Shown: positions 28,715 to 41,237 of the stretch, one piece after another
How the letters are laid out: each line of letters starts with the position of its first letter
How positions within the stretch are numbered: the stretch's first letter is position 1
Source: Eledone cirrhosa
Taxonomy: Eukaryota
DNA length: 64,000 nt
Reading direction: 5' to 3'
NCBI GenBank assembly: GCA_964016885.1
Contig: OZ024748.1
Location: 57,474,001-57,538,000 of the forward strand
Position numbers and translations under genes: made by a program
Notes under the pieces: generated by a model
The model's database searches: none
Seen by the model: only the letters and a program-made list of their open reading frames with translations
What the model was told of the DNA's origin: nothing

Positions 28715-28787
28715 TAATCAGGGTGGGAATCGAACCCACGACTTTCGGATTGCCGGTCCGCTGCTCTACCGACTGAGCTACCTGACC
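28715..28787 (-). tRNA. tRNA-like sequence (anticodon GGC), probably pseudogene or repeat-borne
   Basis: GGTCAGG TA GCTC AGTCGGTA GAGC A GCGGA CCGGCAA TCCGA AAGTC GTGGG TTCGATT CCCAC CCTGATT A folds as a 73-nt cloverleaf followed by TTTT; C33, no G3:U70. Confidence 0.6.
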
Positions 28788-29091
28788 ACAATTCACTATT
28801 GCACAATCTATCACTATTTTAATGTATTAGAAATTAGAAACAAACTAAGCGTTACTTATGTATGTAGTTCCTTACACTCTTTTGGTCCTCACTTATTTTT
28901 ATGTAACTTTTTTTCTACTGAACCAAATTTCAATATTTTTATGTCAAAAGGTAGCTTATCCGTGGTCCTATAAAGTGCAAAACACCGCATCCAATTCTAT
29001 CAAAAATCGAATTAGTGACAAAGCTTTGAAGGTGTCGCGAGTGACCGAAATGGGACCTTAAGAATATCATACACCTACTACCGTAGGTGTA

Positions 29092-29142
<51 letters not shown>

Positions 29143-29147
29143 CACAT

Positions 29148-29351
29148 GTTAGGTATTTCCGAAGAAAAAGCAAAGGAAAAAAGAGTGCTCTATGAACAGT
29201 ACAGAACAGAGCTATTTCATTAGAAAGTGAACAACACAATATATAACTACTCCATTACCAAAAGTTTCTGAACGACCCGGATGTATGTTAATATTGTCTA
29301 GCATCCTGAAACCTTTGGAAATGGAGTAGTTATATATTGTGTTGTTCACTT

Positions 29352-29352
<1 letters not shown>
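29148..29352. mobile_element. Fold-back element (23162/33650 family)
   Basis: Arms 29225-29268 / 29308-29352 reading out from GAAACCTTTGG; left extension homologous to 33652-33700. Confidence 0.75.
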
Positions 29353-29395
<43 letters not shown>

Positions 29396-29877
29396 TATCT
29401 TACCATCCTGAAATATTGAAGCGTATGGTGTACATGCACTAAGAATTTATTTATTTTATTTAGTTATCTTTTATTTGCTTCATTCCTTAGATTAAATCTG
29501 TTAAGTCACCCCCTTTATGGCTTCTATTCGATCATATCAATTCCAGTACTGAATTGTTGAATTTTAGTACCAATCGCTATTTGTCGAACCAAAACGGATG
29601 TAGAAAAAGAGTAAACGTAAACACACACCTGAACACACGGGCAAATTCCACTAGGTGCAAATCCCATATATATATTATTAGCACAAATTAAAACCTTAAG
29701 CATTGAATTTTTGCTTTCACCCTACACTTAGGCTGAAAGCACAAGTTCATTTCTTAAACTTTTAATCTCTACTAATAATACATATCTTCTGCACTGGTTT
29801 TTATATATATATATATATATAATCCTCAGCGGGCCCTCTCCGGATTTTGATCTTTGTATTTATTATTATTATCAGTA

Positions 29878-29992
29878 GGGCGGTGGATTGGCAGTATCGG
29901 TAGAGGGTCGGACGCCATGCTTTGCAGCATAGTTACAGTCCTTTATGATCTGAGTTCAAATCCCGCCGAGGTTAACTTTGCCTTTCATCCTT
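29878..29992 (+). mobile_element. Meta-domain-like SINE, 3' truncated
   Basis: Head and start of core. Confidence 0.85.
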
Positions 29993-31095
29993 ATTATAAC
30001 ACACATACACACACACTTACCTACTTACTTATGTGCAACGAAAGACTTAAGGAGTATTATAGGACTTTATTTGTTTTACATACGTTTCACTAAATATAGA
30101 AAATATCGATATGGGGCTGAATAAAATTATTTTATCATTTATTTATGATATGGCAATTATATCCATATGCAAGTAAACTTTTACAATTATTTTGCACCAA
30201 AATAATTCATTCCCCGTTGTAAATCTTTTGTACTAGCTGTTGGGGGACACGTACAAAGCTAATTTCCTAATACTAACGCATCGCCTATATAAGAGATGTA
30301 TTTCTCTCGTAAATTTATGTACTTTTATATATTTCGAAGTTTCCAGAAATTCTTGGTCGTATTAATATTTATTATTCATGCTCTGGGGTTGTAAATTCGT
30401 ACAATGTTTGGATTTTTACATCATTGGTGAATTTGTTCTTAATAATTGCGTATGGTACACACATTGATTTTAAAATCTTCCTGGCATTTCTCCACTAAGT
30501 TGATTTCTAAACTTATATAACAGAAAAGTTATTAAGGAAAGAACAACACGAAAGAGCAATACAATGATGATATATATTAGTTTAACGCCTGATATAGTTG
30601 GAAAATGCCTTAACGTTTTGGCTGTTACTCTTTCATCGGAAAATGGAATGACAGAGAGGAGATAGAAAGGCACGCACACGCCCCCCCCCACACGAATGGG
30701 TTTGCTTATAGTTTACGTCAACCAAATTGCATTGAAAATGGACTGGTCAACTGGAAGCTCTATAGTAGAAGACATTTAAGTTGCCACGATCTGGGACTGG
30801 ACCCAAAATATGTGACTTAGAAGCGAACGTCTTAACCTAATATTCATGCCATCACCTATATACGCATATAAAGTTTACCTTGTATTTAAATGATTTAGAA
30901 ACGCTAATTTCTTTTGCGTATTGTTGTAGAGATCTTCCATAATAAATTGTGTAGAGTTAAAACGGATATTCTGCCATGAAGAAGCTACCTTTCCGAAATT
31001 TTAAAGAAGAATAAAAACGAAATTCAATTATCGTTCATATTCACAGATGGTCTTTCTGTTGCTAATTATATCTCTAACCATTACTTTCTCACCCA

Positions 31096-31282
31096 GGCGG
31101 TGGATTGGCAGTATCGGTAGAGGGTCGGACGCCATGCTTTCCAGCATAGTTACGTCCCTTTACGGTCTGAGTTCAAACCCCGCCGAGGTTGACTTTGCCT
31201 TTCATCCTTACGGGGTCGATAAAATAAAGTACCAGTAATGTACTGGGTAATTGCTGGCCTTGTGCCAAAAGTAGAAACAATT
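31096..31282 (+). mobile_element. Meta-domain-like SINE with ~19-bp TSD
   Basis: ATTACTTTCTCACCCAGGC on both sides. Confidence 0.92.
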
Positions 31283-32192
31283 ACTTTCTCACCCAGGCAA
31301 GTTTCCGTGAGTTGAAGTCTTAACACCGAACATATCACTTCGCAAACCTCATTTTGATTCCTGTTGAGCGGCAACGTATTTTTTAAACTAAATATTACAC
31401 CTGGTAATAGCAATAACAAATATATTTGTAATTTTTTCCCCAGTTCTCTCTCCCTCGCTTCTTATCCTCGCTCGGCTTAGCGAAACTTTGAAATAATGTG
31501 CAAAAGATATTGTAAGGCAATATAAAAACAATTCTGTTACACATGTATAATTAAAATAAAAACGCTATCTATAATAATGCAAAAATAAAATAAAAACTTC
31601 AGTCATAGGAAAACCTTTCATGTTATCGGAATGTAATTCAGGAGTTAATTATATCTCTTAGCCATTGCTTTCTCTCTCGCAGTCAGGTTTCTATAAGATT
31701 GGGTCTTTAAACGAACTAGAATAAGAAAATCTCATTTCACAAACGACTTTGTGATTGATATTGAATGAAAATTGTCTTTTCTTTGTTTTGGGTGGTGGGG
31801 GTGGTGGTGGTATGGGCATATAATCCTACTAGGGCCCTAAAGAGGCCATTGTTTAGATAAGTACGTACATACAGTTTTGTCATTTTACTTCTTTTTGACT
31901 TTCTCACCTTATCATTGCTTACCTAAGCGAAAATATATAGCTTTAAAAATTATTAAAAGCATTATAGAAATACTACTTATGTTTACATGAAACAATATCG
32001 CTGGAGAGTAAACTACGTTTATATATTGTATTATCGATCTTTCATACTATATAGTATAGAGTTAAAACAGAGATTTTGGCAAGAATAAGTGACATTAAAA
32101 GGTTTAAAGTATAACTAATGCCAATCGTTGAACAAACTTCAATATACTCTGGATATAATTCTGTAGTTGAAGAAGTCACTTAGTCATTGCTT

Positions 32193-32250
<58 letters not shown>

Positions 32251-32577
32251 GCCAACGTCCAATCTACGGTGTCTTTAAATCAATGGGAATGAGAAGATAT
32301 TTCACAAATGATATGTCGGTTGATTTTAAGTGGCACAGTAAATGTAGTAAATAGAGAAGACATTTCAAAGTTACTTTTGTTGGAAATGGTAGTTGTAAAT
32401 AATTTTGTAAATTTTCTCACTCACTTCTCGTACCGTCGTATGATAACTGTACATATGCAAATGAATTAGTGTTACATAGGTTTTAATAAAATAAGCAAGT
32501 AAGCGAATACAGTTTTGTTTATCTAATCAATATCAAGTGCTTTTCATTATATATATATATATACGAGCGACGGCTTT

Positions 32578-32649
32578 ATTCGTTATACGTATTTCGAAGA
32601 TGTAAGATAGCTATATAATAACTGCCTTATACGTTCTCTTCAGACAAAC
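32578..32649 (-). ncRNA. Type I hammerhead ribozyme
   Basis: GTTTGT CTGAAGA GAA...TTC GAAA TACGTA TA ACGAAT; palindromic stem III. Confidence 0.8.
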
Positions 32650-33030
32650 ATACAAACAAGATGTAATATCCCATTGATATGTTACCAGTCGGATGTGTTA
32701 TTCACCTCGCTGACCAATGCACACATGGCCAAATTTCTCTTGTAGCAGTTCTGTTATGTGAGGGAGACAGTATTGTTGCTGGCATTAGATTAGTGATTGT
32801 AAGCTAGCTGGGGTTTCAGGTTACCAGATTTGTTACTTGATTCATAGTATGGCATAGAAAAGTCAATTCATTAAAACATTTTTTTTAATGTTTTCAGACT
32901 AGATTTCACTTACTTAGATATTAATTTTAACTTTAGCTATTGATTCTTTGATGGTGATGTTATTATGTATCTATATTTTTATGAATGGTTTGTAAATTAG
33001 TTAGTCTATTTTATATTATTTACGGAAGTT

Positions 33031-33460
33031 TTAACTATATACTCTGTGGAATGTCTTACACATTTTATGTAAACAAGTATCAAATATGTCAGAACATTTA
33101 TTAATAATTGTGTGCCTACCATTTATGATGTATAAAGTCTCTGTAGTACAGAGGTCACACCCAGAAGATATAATTCTATTTATATAAGGAAAAGCATGTG
33201 AAAGTTTTGACCAAGAAAGGGAGTATTGTACTTGGTTACTTTTTTAGCGACCAAAATCAGTTCCGACAGGGCTGTGCTTCAGCTTTTTTAAATGAGTGAC
33301 TTTGGTTGTACCATCTTTCCTTAAACCTAGTAGAGGTTGCGCCAATATATCTATAAGTCTTAATACTCGTTTTCACTCTACATTCATAAACAATATTCTT
33401 ATCTAAACAATCATTTTGCATAGGGAATCCGTTATGGTATCTACAATTGTAATTATTCAC
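33031..33460 (-). pseudogene. PLE GIY-YIG endonuclease remnant (frameshifted)
   Basis: CLDKNIVYECRV...RYIGATSTRFKERWYN...CDLCTTE...NKCSDIFDTCLHK..KTFHRVYS*, homologous to 7770-8789. Confidence 0.88.
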
Positions 33461-33647
33461 GTTACCTTACATCTTCGAAATACGTATAACGAATAAAATA
33501 GGGATGTACGAATAAAACCGCCTCTCTTATTTATTGTAATAAAAACTCTCCGGATGAACAAAAACCATGGAGTACTTTACCTCTGTTAAAGACTAAGCCG
33601 GCAGATTTTTAATCAACCAACTTTCTTCAATTGTATATATATATATT

Positions 33648-33830
33648 ACATGTTTCCGTGGAAAAAGGAAAGGGGAGTGCTCTATGTAGGCTACAGTGCT
33701 ATTTAGTTATGTAATAAACAACATCAGTTTCTGATGAACGATTTCAGACGTCTGTGTCGAGCTCGTCTGTCTTCGTGAAACCTTTGGTAAATGGAATAAT
33801 TGTCTTATATTGTTTATTACATAACTATAT
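33648..33830. mobile_element. Fold-back element with hammerhead core
   Basis: CTGATGA ACGA...TCGT GAAA CCTTTGG TA (33731-33790); outer inverted arms TAGTTATGTAATAAACAA / TTGTTTATTACATAACTA. Confidence 0.7.
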
Positions 33831-34721
33831 ATATATAATTTATATAGAAATTGAGTGGCGTAACATTAATGAACTTAATGTTTGTTAATTCTTAAATTGT
33901 TGATTGTCTCCACTCCACATTAATAGTTTTAGCATTATATCTATAGAAGCATAAACAGGAGGGACGAGATTGTATGGGCAAATGATGATCTTCTACATAA
34001 ACATCTTGCTCGGGATTGTGTCAAGGGAGGGGAAAATTCTAGGTGCAAATCCCATGGACATTCGTAGAAGGGCTGAGACTAGAGAGGTATTATATAAGGT
34101 GTGACATGGCCCAAGTACTTGCAACAGTTTTGACTCCGCTAAAATATCCGTTAGTCGAGGTGGTTTTATTAAATCATCTAGTAGATTAATTTCTTCACTT
34201 CACCTAGAATTGACTTATATGAATTTAAACGTAATTAACCGAAGTAGGAAATTAAACAATTGTGAATTATAAAATTGCCAAAACCACGCTATCATATGAG
34301 TATAAATTGATATTTAGCAAGACAGATCGAAACCATACGCCAATCTTATAAAAATAATTTAGGGTATAATTTATTTTAAGTAAAATAAAACTATGGTATA
34401 ATAACATAATATATATCTAGTAATTGCTTATTCGTTACGACAAGGTAATAACTATTATGAAATTCAATCTTCGTCAAAATACTAAGGGAAACTCAAGCTA
34501 AGGACATCACATACATAGACAAGAATTTACGATTATAATAACAATGAAAATTTATAATTAAAATAATTAAGACAAACTTATATATTATATATAATTTTTG
34601 AGTATCGAAATTGTATCTTGTTTATTATTCAACAATCGAATATTGTTGAAACCAATACGTAATACATTCAACGTAGACACACACACACACACGCGTACAC
34701 ACACACATATACATATAGATG

Positions 34722-34785
<64 letters not shown>

Positions 34786-35017
34786 TATATAAATATATAT
34801 ATTTATATACATATCTCTCTGCCTATCTCTCTCTATATACAAACAAATACACATACATGTATATATATATATGTACATACACACGTCTCTCTTTCTCATA
34901 TATATATAAATAAATACAAACACACTCACACACACACATATATATATAAGCTGTGTATGTGTGTGCATTTTTATATATATATATATATATAAACAAATAC
35001 ACACACACGCACACATA

Positions 35018-35188
35018 TAATTGTTTCTACATTTGGTACAAGACCAGCAATTACCCAGTACATTACTGGTACTTTATTTTATCGACCCCGTAAGGATGAA
35101 AGGCAAAGTTAACCTCGGCGGGATTTGAACTCAGTCTGTAAAGGGACGCAACTATGTTGGAAAGCATGGCGTCCAACTCTACGATACT
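35018..35188 (-). mobile_element. Meta-domain-like SINE
   Basis: Core and tail match the family. Confidence 0.88.
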
Positions 35189-35456
35189 GAATGTGTGTAT
35201 GTTTGCATAACTATAGATGTATGGTGGTAAACCTCGTGACAACCTCAGTTCACAACACACGTAGACTGATGTGTGATTTGTACACAGAACCAAGAAAGCC
35301 AGTACAAACATCATAAGGTCTATTGCCATGCATAGTAGTGACATTGTGCTGTCGCGCCTTTATTTTCGTGAAACCTCAAACAAATCAACGATAGTACACC
35401 TCTACACATTTGAATTCATGCAGGTGTATTTTTCATTTAATTATTATATTGTAAAT

Positions 35457-35602
35457 CCTGAGTTCAAATCCCGCTGAGGTTAACTTTGCCTTTCATTCTT
35501 ACGGGGTAGATAAAGAAAGCACCAGTAATGTACTGGGGTCCATTTAAGCGACTTTCCCCTCCTCCCAAATTATTGGCCTTGTGCCTATACTAGAAACAAT
35601 TA
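35457..35602 (+). mobile_element. 5'-truncated Meta-domain-like SINE with TSD
   Basis: AATTATTATATTGTAAATC on both sides. Confidence 0.85.
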
Positions 35603-36639
35603 TTATATTGTAAATCATATTGTCATCCCGCATATACCGCAGTGAAGCTTTTAACAAAATGAACGATATTATAACGATTTTATTCATTTCAATTTTCTCA
35701 GGCGTCTTTTTCACAATTAATTATTTAATCGGTTCAATCGTATTCCTTACACTTCTTTGATATTTAATCTCTTTCAATTGTGAGTCTAGACACATAATTA
35801 GTTTGCAATATAGATGTCAACTAATCTGTTAATATTTTCCATTGCGATATGAACGGTTGGTGTTTTTGTTGTTTGCTACACAATCTGTTTCATATCAAAT
35901 TCGGAATGAGTTTATTCATTAATGAAAAAGGATAAATGAATGTTTATGTTCAGTTTGACTAATATTGTTTCTGATCAATTTTCTATGATTCATAATTGAC
36001 TTCAATTCATTTAGTTGTTTGTCTGTTTGTCAAATCTACTCAAGGCGTAGTTAGACAAAACTAAAATATTAATCTATCTTGTAATAACATTCTATCGTGG
36101 TAGTAGTAATTATCTTGGGATTGTTATTTTTCTAATGAACGTAACTTTTAAAAAATTGGAATTTTTATGTTTGGGGCATATAACGTATAATTGAAACGTC
36201 TTTACATTACATTATTGAAGTATTTTTGTCTGGATCGATTATTGCTTCAAATTTAATATCATCAGCAAATATTAACATGACATGAGAAATAGTGTTAAAT
36301 TCAATAATTTAATTGTTAAACGTGGAAGATATCATTCGTTTATTCAAAGTTTCATTTATTTTATTTTTGCATCAATTAAATTTGTATAACATAATTTAGA
36401 AATACCGTAGAAAGTCGGCTTCGAAGTTTATAGAAGAGATTAAAAACAAGCTATCAGGGTTAAAACGCAACAGAAACAAATAACCTGCAAACAGATAAAA
36501 ACAGATTATCATTGATATTTTCTAATCTTTATATATTATGTATTAATTTTATTATATTCATCAGATATTACATAGTCTTTTCTTTATTTGCTTATGTATT
36601 TTACCACATTCAGTAAAAGTGCTATCATTTTCATCACTT

Positions 36640-37200
36640 AAAAGTTAATCTCGGCTGGATTTGAACTCAGAACGTAAAGGGGAGTAACTCTATGCTGCAA
36701 AGCAAAGTGTTCGACCCTCTACCGATACTGCCAATGTTATAGTTTCTTATTCCTACAACTTAACTTTGTATCATTCAAGATTCCTTACATTGACTTACGA
36801 TTTTCTGTTGTTCTGAGTTCAAATCCCGCCGAGGTTAGATTTGCCCTTCATCCTTACGAGATCGACGAAATAAAGTACCAGTCACGAACTGGGGTCGATT
36901 TAATCGACTTTCCATTCCCCCAAAATAGTTGGCCTTGTGCCTAAAATCAGAAACAATTATTATTATTATTAATTCTATGAGGGCGGTGGATTGGTTGTAT
37001 CGGTAGAGTCGGACACCATGCTTTGCAGCATAGAGTTACGACCCTATACGGTCTGAGTTCAAATCCCGTTGAGGTTAACTTTGCCTTTCATCCTTACGAG
37101 GTCGATAAAATAAAGTACCAGTAATGCACTGGGGACGATTTAATCGACTTTCCCCTCTCCCCAAATTACTGGCCTTGTGCCTATACTAGAAATCATTATT
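36640..37200. mobile_element. Cluster of three Meta-domain-like SINEs
   Basis: Minus head 36643-36735, plus copies 36810-36960 and 36980-37200 with (TTA)n tails. Confidence 0.88.
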
Positions 37201-38694
37201 ATTAATTCTAAGCAAAACTATATGTGAAGAAATAAATTAATTATTTGGTTAAAACCTGTAATGAAATTCTTCTCATAAAAGATTTCTGTCTGTGAACAAA
37301 CTTATACAAATAATTATATTTTTAATGAAACAAACCAAAAAATATTTATTATCTAAATCTAGTATGGATTTCTATTGTTCAAGTCTTTAAGACGATAATT
37401 AATAAATTAAATTAACAAATAGAAGGAGATAATTAGCACTAGACTACTGCTAGTGGAAAAGTAATTGTATATCGATAACTTAATGACAAAATAACGGTAG
37501 AGTGTTAATAAAGTTAATAATATAGCTTAATTCAATATTTATAATGATTAAAATGTAAAGTTATCATAAAGATGTATGGCTTGAAATCAACGAAATATTT
37601 TATGGCGGAAACAAAAGAACATACTTGAATTACAAATTAAAATACTTGATATAAATCAAAAGAATCATATACATTCTGCTACCTGGGAATGATATTTGAC
37701 AGTCATTTAAACCGTCTGGTATTTGTTTGATTCTCTGTGCTCTGAGTTTAAATCCCTCTATTTCCAACGTTTTTTTTTCATCCCATAGGGGTCGAATAAC
37801 AAGGTATCGACCCAATGCATGTGCAACATTCTCTCCTCCCAGCTATCAATCCAGGATATTAACCCTGAATCAAAACAGGAGTGTCAAAAAAGAGCCTGTC
37901 TGCTCGCGACCCCACAAGCATTCCTCAAAGAATAAGCGTAGTGAACGCATGGTATCTATTGAAATGAAATAACATTTATGGCTCACCAGTGAAGGGCTAG
38001 TTTACTTCTTACAAGATTGCTTCACAATTTGACTTGTTTGTTGTTTTAATGGTAGAGGATCCAGTTTTGCTCAAGACCACAATGCACCAACTTGTCCAGG
38101 TGAAAATCTAATAATTAAATACTCTTCTAACATTTAAGCTACAATTCATCAACGTATTTGAGGAAGTTGCTAGTAAAACTGATTTATATATTTTTAAACG
38201 ATAAAAGTATCACAAAAAAATTTGCAATCTAATAGAATCGTCATTTTATGATGTTACGTGAATACAACTCCTGTCGATTTTGTACAACTCTGATGTGGAT
38301 ACCAAGGAACAACAAAATGAAACGGTGAGAAAAGTGTCTTTTACAGCTAATGAAAGACAAGGCCTAAAAACAGATAGAAAATTTATGAGTGATAAGTAAA
38401 GGATTTTAATGATTCGCTACTCTGAAAATAGCCAAACCGTGAATGCATATCGTACTGATGTGTCAATCAAAAGATCCAGTGAAAATATGAAGTGGTTCTC
38501 TGTTTGTAGGACATTGCACCTACTCAAGAGGTGAAAACTGCAGTAGAATTGCATTGGCCAATCATCTGAACACATTTTGGAACGATTACAGAAGCTTGGG
38601 AAGCAATGATTTAAGTGTGTTTAACTGTAGGGTGAATACGTGGAAAATTTGTGTCAGGTTGCTCTTGAGTGCTACTGATAAGATGTAACCAAGT

Positions 38695-38970
38695 GCAACC
38701 TGTCTTATGGTCGGATCGTCGGCGACTAAACCGGCAACCCCACCAAGCATGCTTGATAAGGAGGGTGATATTTGGATACCCTGAGACGGGATGAAATACA
38801 AGAGCCGACAAAGAGCGGAGGCCCTTAGCAGAGTCAACAGCCATCCAAATAGTTCTTTTATTTTTTTACCTGGGAGTGAAAGGCCCCCAGTTGTTGTCAC
38901 AAGACCTTTCTAGGAAAGCGAAACTCTGAAAAAAAAATCTGCGGCTTCGGAAGCATCCGATGATGTTGAC
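38695..38970 (+). mobile_element. Dispersed repeat homologous to 418-670
   Basis: Direct similarity. Confidence 0.65.
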
Positions 38971-39179
38971 CAGTTCTCCTTTTCGGGTAGTGTTTCGATG
39001 CTCAGAGAGTCGGATTGGTAGAGTGCAAGGGCTTCCCCATTTTAAAAAAAATCTTCAAAGCACAGGCATTGCTTATCCAGGATCAGTTGCAGGTTCGTGT
39101 GGCTGGCCGCAGTCTAAAAGTGCACTGAACTCTATACTCTGACAAGCGATTGCAATAATCTTAACAGAGTTTGCAGCCA

Positions 39180-39248
<69 letters not shown>

Positions 39249-40134
39249 ACACCACACCACACCACACCACACCACACGTACATTCACACGTACATTCACA
39301 CATGTTCGACGATTTAAGAAATATGAGATTATATATTTAACTCGGGTAATTAGATTGAAAGTAAAAAATATATCTGGAAAATCGATATTAGATATAAATT
39401 TTGGTAAACTGAGAAATATGTGATCATTATATAATTGGTCATTAGATAATTATGTTGTTAGTAACACATTCCACACCATGTCTCTGGTGTATAAATAATT
39501 CACATCGATGTCTATACATAGTCACATACATGCAAACATTCAAACACACATGGACATACACACATATAAACACACATATATATATACACACTTATATATA
39601 CGTACACACACGTGTGTGTATATATATATATATATTTCTCTTTCTTTTCCTCTCTATATATCTCGCTCTCTCTTTCACCCTATCTTTCCCTCTCTCTTTT
39701 TCTCTCTCTCTATATCTTTATACATTCTGTTGTAGTCTCCGATACCCTCTCTATGTACACAAATATAACTTTACACACACATTGGCTGCTAGCACACATT
39801 TATAGTATGTGTGTGTGTGTATGTGTGATTGTGTGTATATGTATGTATATGTATCAATGTATGTGTCTATATATATGTATATATATCAGTGTGTATGTGT
39901 CTATATATATGTATATATATATCAGTGTGTATGTGTCTACATATATGTATATATATCAGTGTGTATGTGTCTATATATATGTATATATATCAGTGTGTAT
40001 GTGTATATATATGTATATATATATCAATGTTTATGTGTATATAGATATATGTATATATATCAATGTGTATGTGTATATATATATATCAATATGTATGTGT
40101 ATATATATGTATATATATCAATGTGTATATATAG

Positions 40135-40438
40135 ATATGTAGTCTATAGCATAAGATGTACAGAGGGTACTTGCAGAAACATGACAACAACATACATAGG
40201 CGAGACAGCTCGTAGCATAGGTGAAAGGATAGACCAACACTGGGGGGAACTAAAAGGACGAAAAAACGGTTCAGTACTATACGAACATGCCAGACAACAA
40301 CACGACGGTAACATAGACAACATAGAAATTAGAATAATATCTAAACATAGAAATGACCCAGCAGATAGGCAAATCAGAGAGGCCAGTGAAATAGAAATTA
40401 GAAGCCCAAGGCTAAACAGAAAAAAATTGATGGAATAA
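40135..40438 (+). CDS. PLE GIY-YIG endonuclease C-terminus (5' truncated)
   Basis: VVYSIRC....C......YIGETARSIGERIDQH...SVLYEH....H...DPADRQIREA..I....PRLNRK. Confidence 0.9.
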
Positions 40439-40731
40439 CAACACCCAAACAAACAACACTGACCTAAGAGAAGTATAAATAAATAAATAGATAAATAAAT
40501 AAATACATACACAAGCATAATAACAACAAACACATATAAACACACACTAGTAAAGATAGAATACATTAACCAATACACAGTCACCCAATCACGAACCCAC
40601 ATCAAACAAAACACTATACATACACGCACACGCATGCGCAAAGAAGACAAAAAAATAAACAAATAAATAAATATATAAACAGACTAAATAAAGATGGCAT
40701 AGAAAATACAATGCAATGGGAGGAAATAATA

Positions 40732-40778
40732 GAACCACTGACAATGTTGCAGATGTGCAACGAAAGAACTTTGATAAA
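40732..40778 (+). ncRNA. Degenerate hammerhead ribozyme
   Basis: AACCA CTGACAA T GTTGCA gatg TGCAAC GAAA GAAC TT TGAT; G8 to A is compatible with CpG decay. Confidence 0.55.
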
Positions 40779-41087
40779 CTATATATATCTGTTTGTGTCT
40801 ATATTGTATCTGTATATTTGACCGTTGGTCAGTCAATGGCAACATTGAGGACCGAATAAATTAAATTAACCGATATAAAAGACACAGAAGCGAAAAGCGA
40901 AAACCAACCAAACAGTGAGTGTGTTCTGTTATTAATTCTGGCAATATTACACAAATATGACCCTCCCCATGTATAACAATATGTATAAATATATGTGAAT
41001 ATACGTATGAATGTATATATATATATATGTAAATATACGTATGTATGTATATATATATGTATGTGTATGTATGCATATATATGTATG

Positions 41088-41134
<47 letters not shown>

Positions 41135-41237
41135 GTATGTATGTATGTATATATATGTTTTCTCTTTCTCTTAATTTTGAGTATATTTTTTGACCGGCCA
41201 CCTTCCTGGTGGCAAGGTTGTAAAAGAAAAGAAATTG

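Larger units (their letters stand above)
32563..33632 (-). mobile_element. 5'-truncated Penelope-like element with inverted terminal arm
   Basis: GIY-YIG remnant, 3'UTR and hammerhead; 33466-33498 is the inverted copy of 32575-32606; (TA)n flanks. Confidence 0.85.
40135..40982 (+). mobile_element. Penelope-like element 3' end
   Basis: GIY-YIG, A-rich UTR, degenerate hammerhead, then terminal segment shared with 57535-57750, 58050-58222 and 12742-12978. Confidence 0.8.

Noticed and set aside
38440-38640. Possible mariner transposase trace (ERLQKLGK)
   Set aside because: Too short and degenerate; no TIRs found
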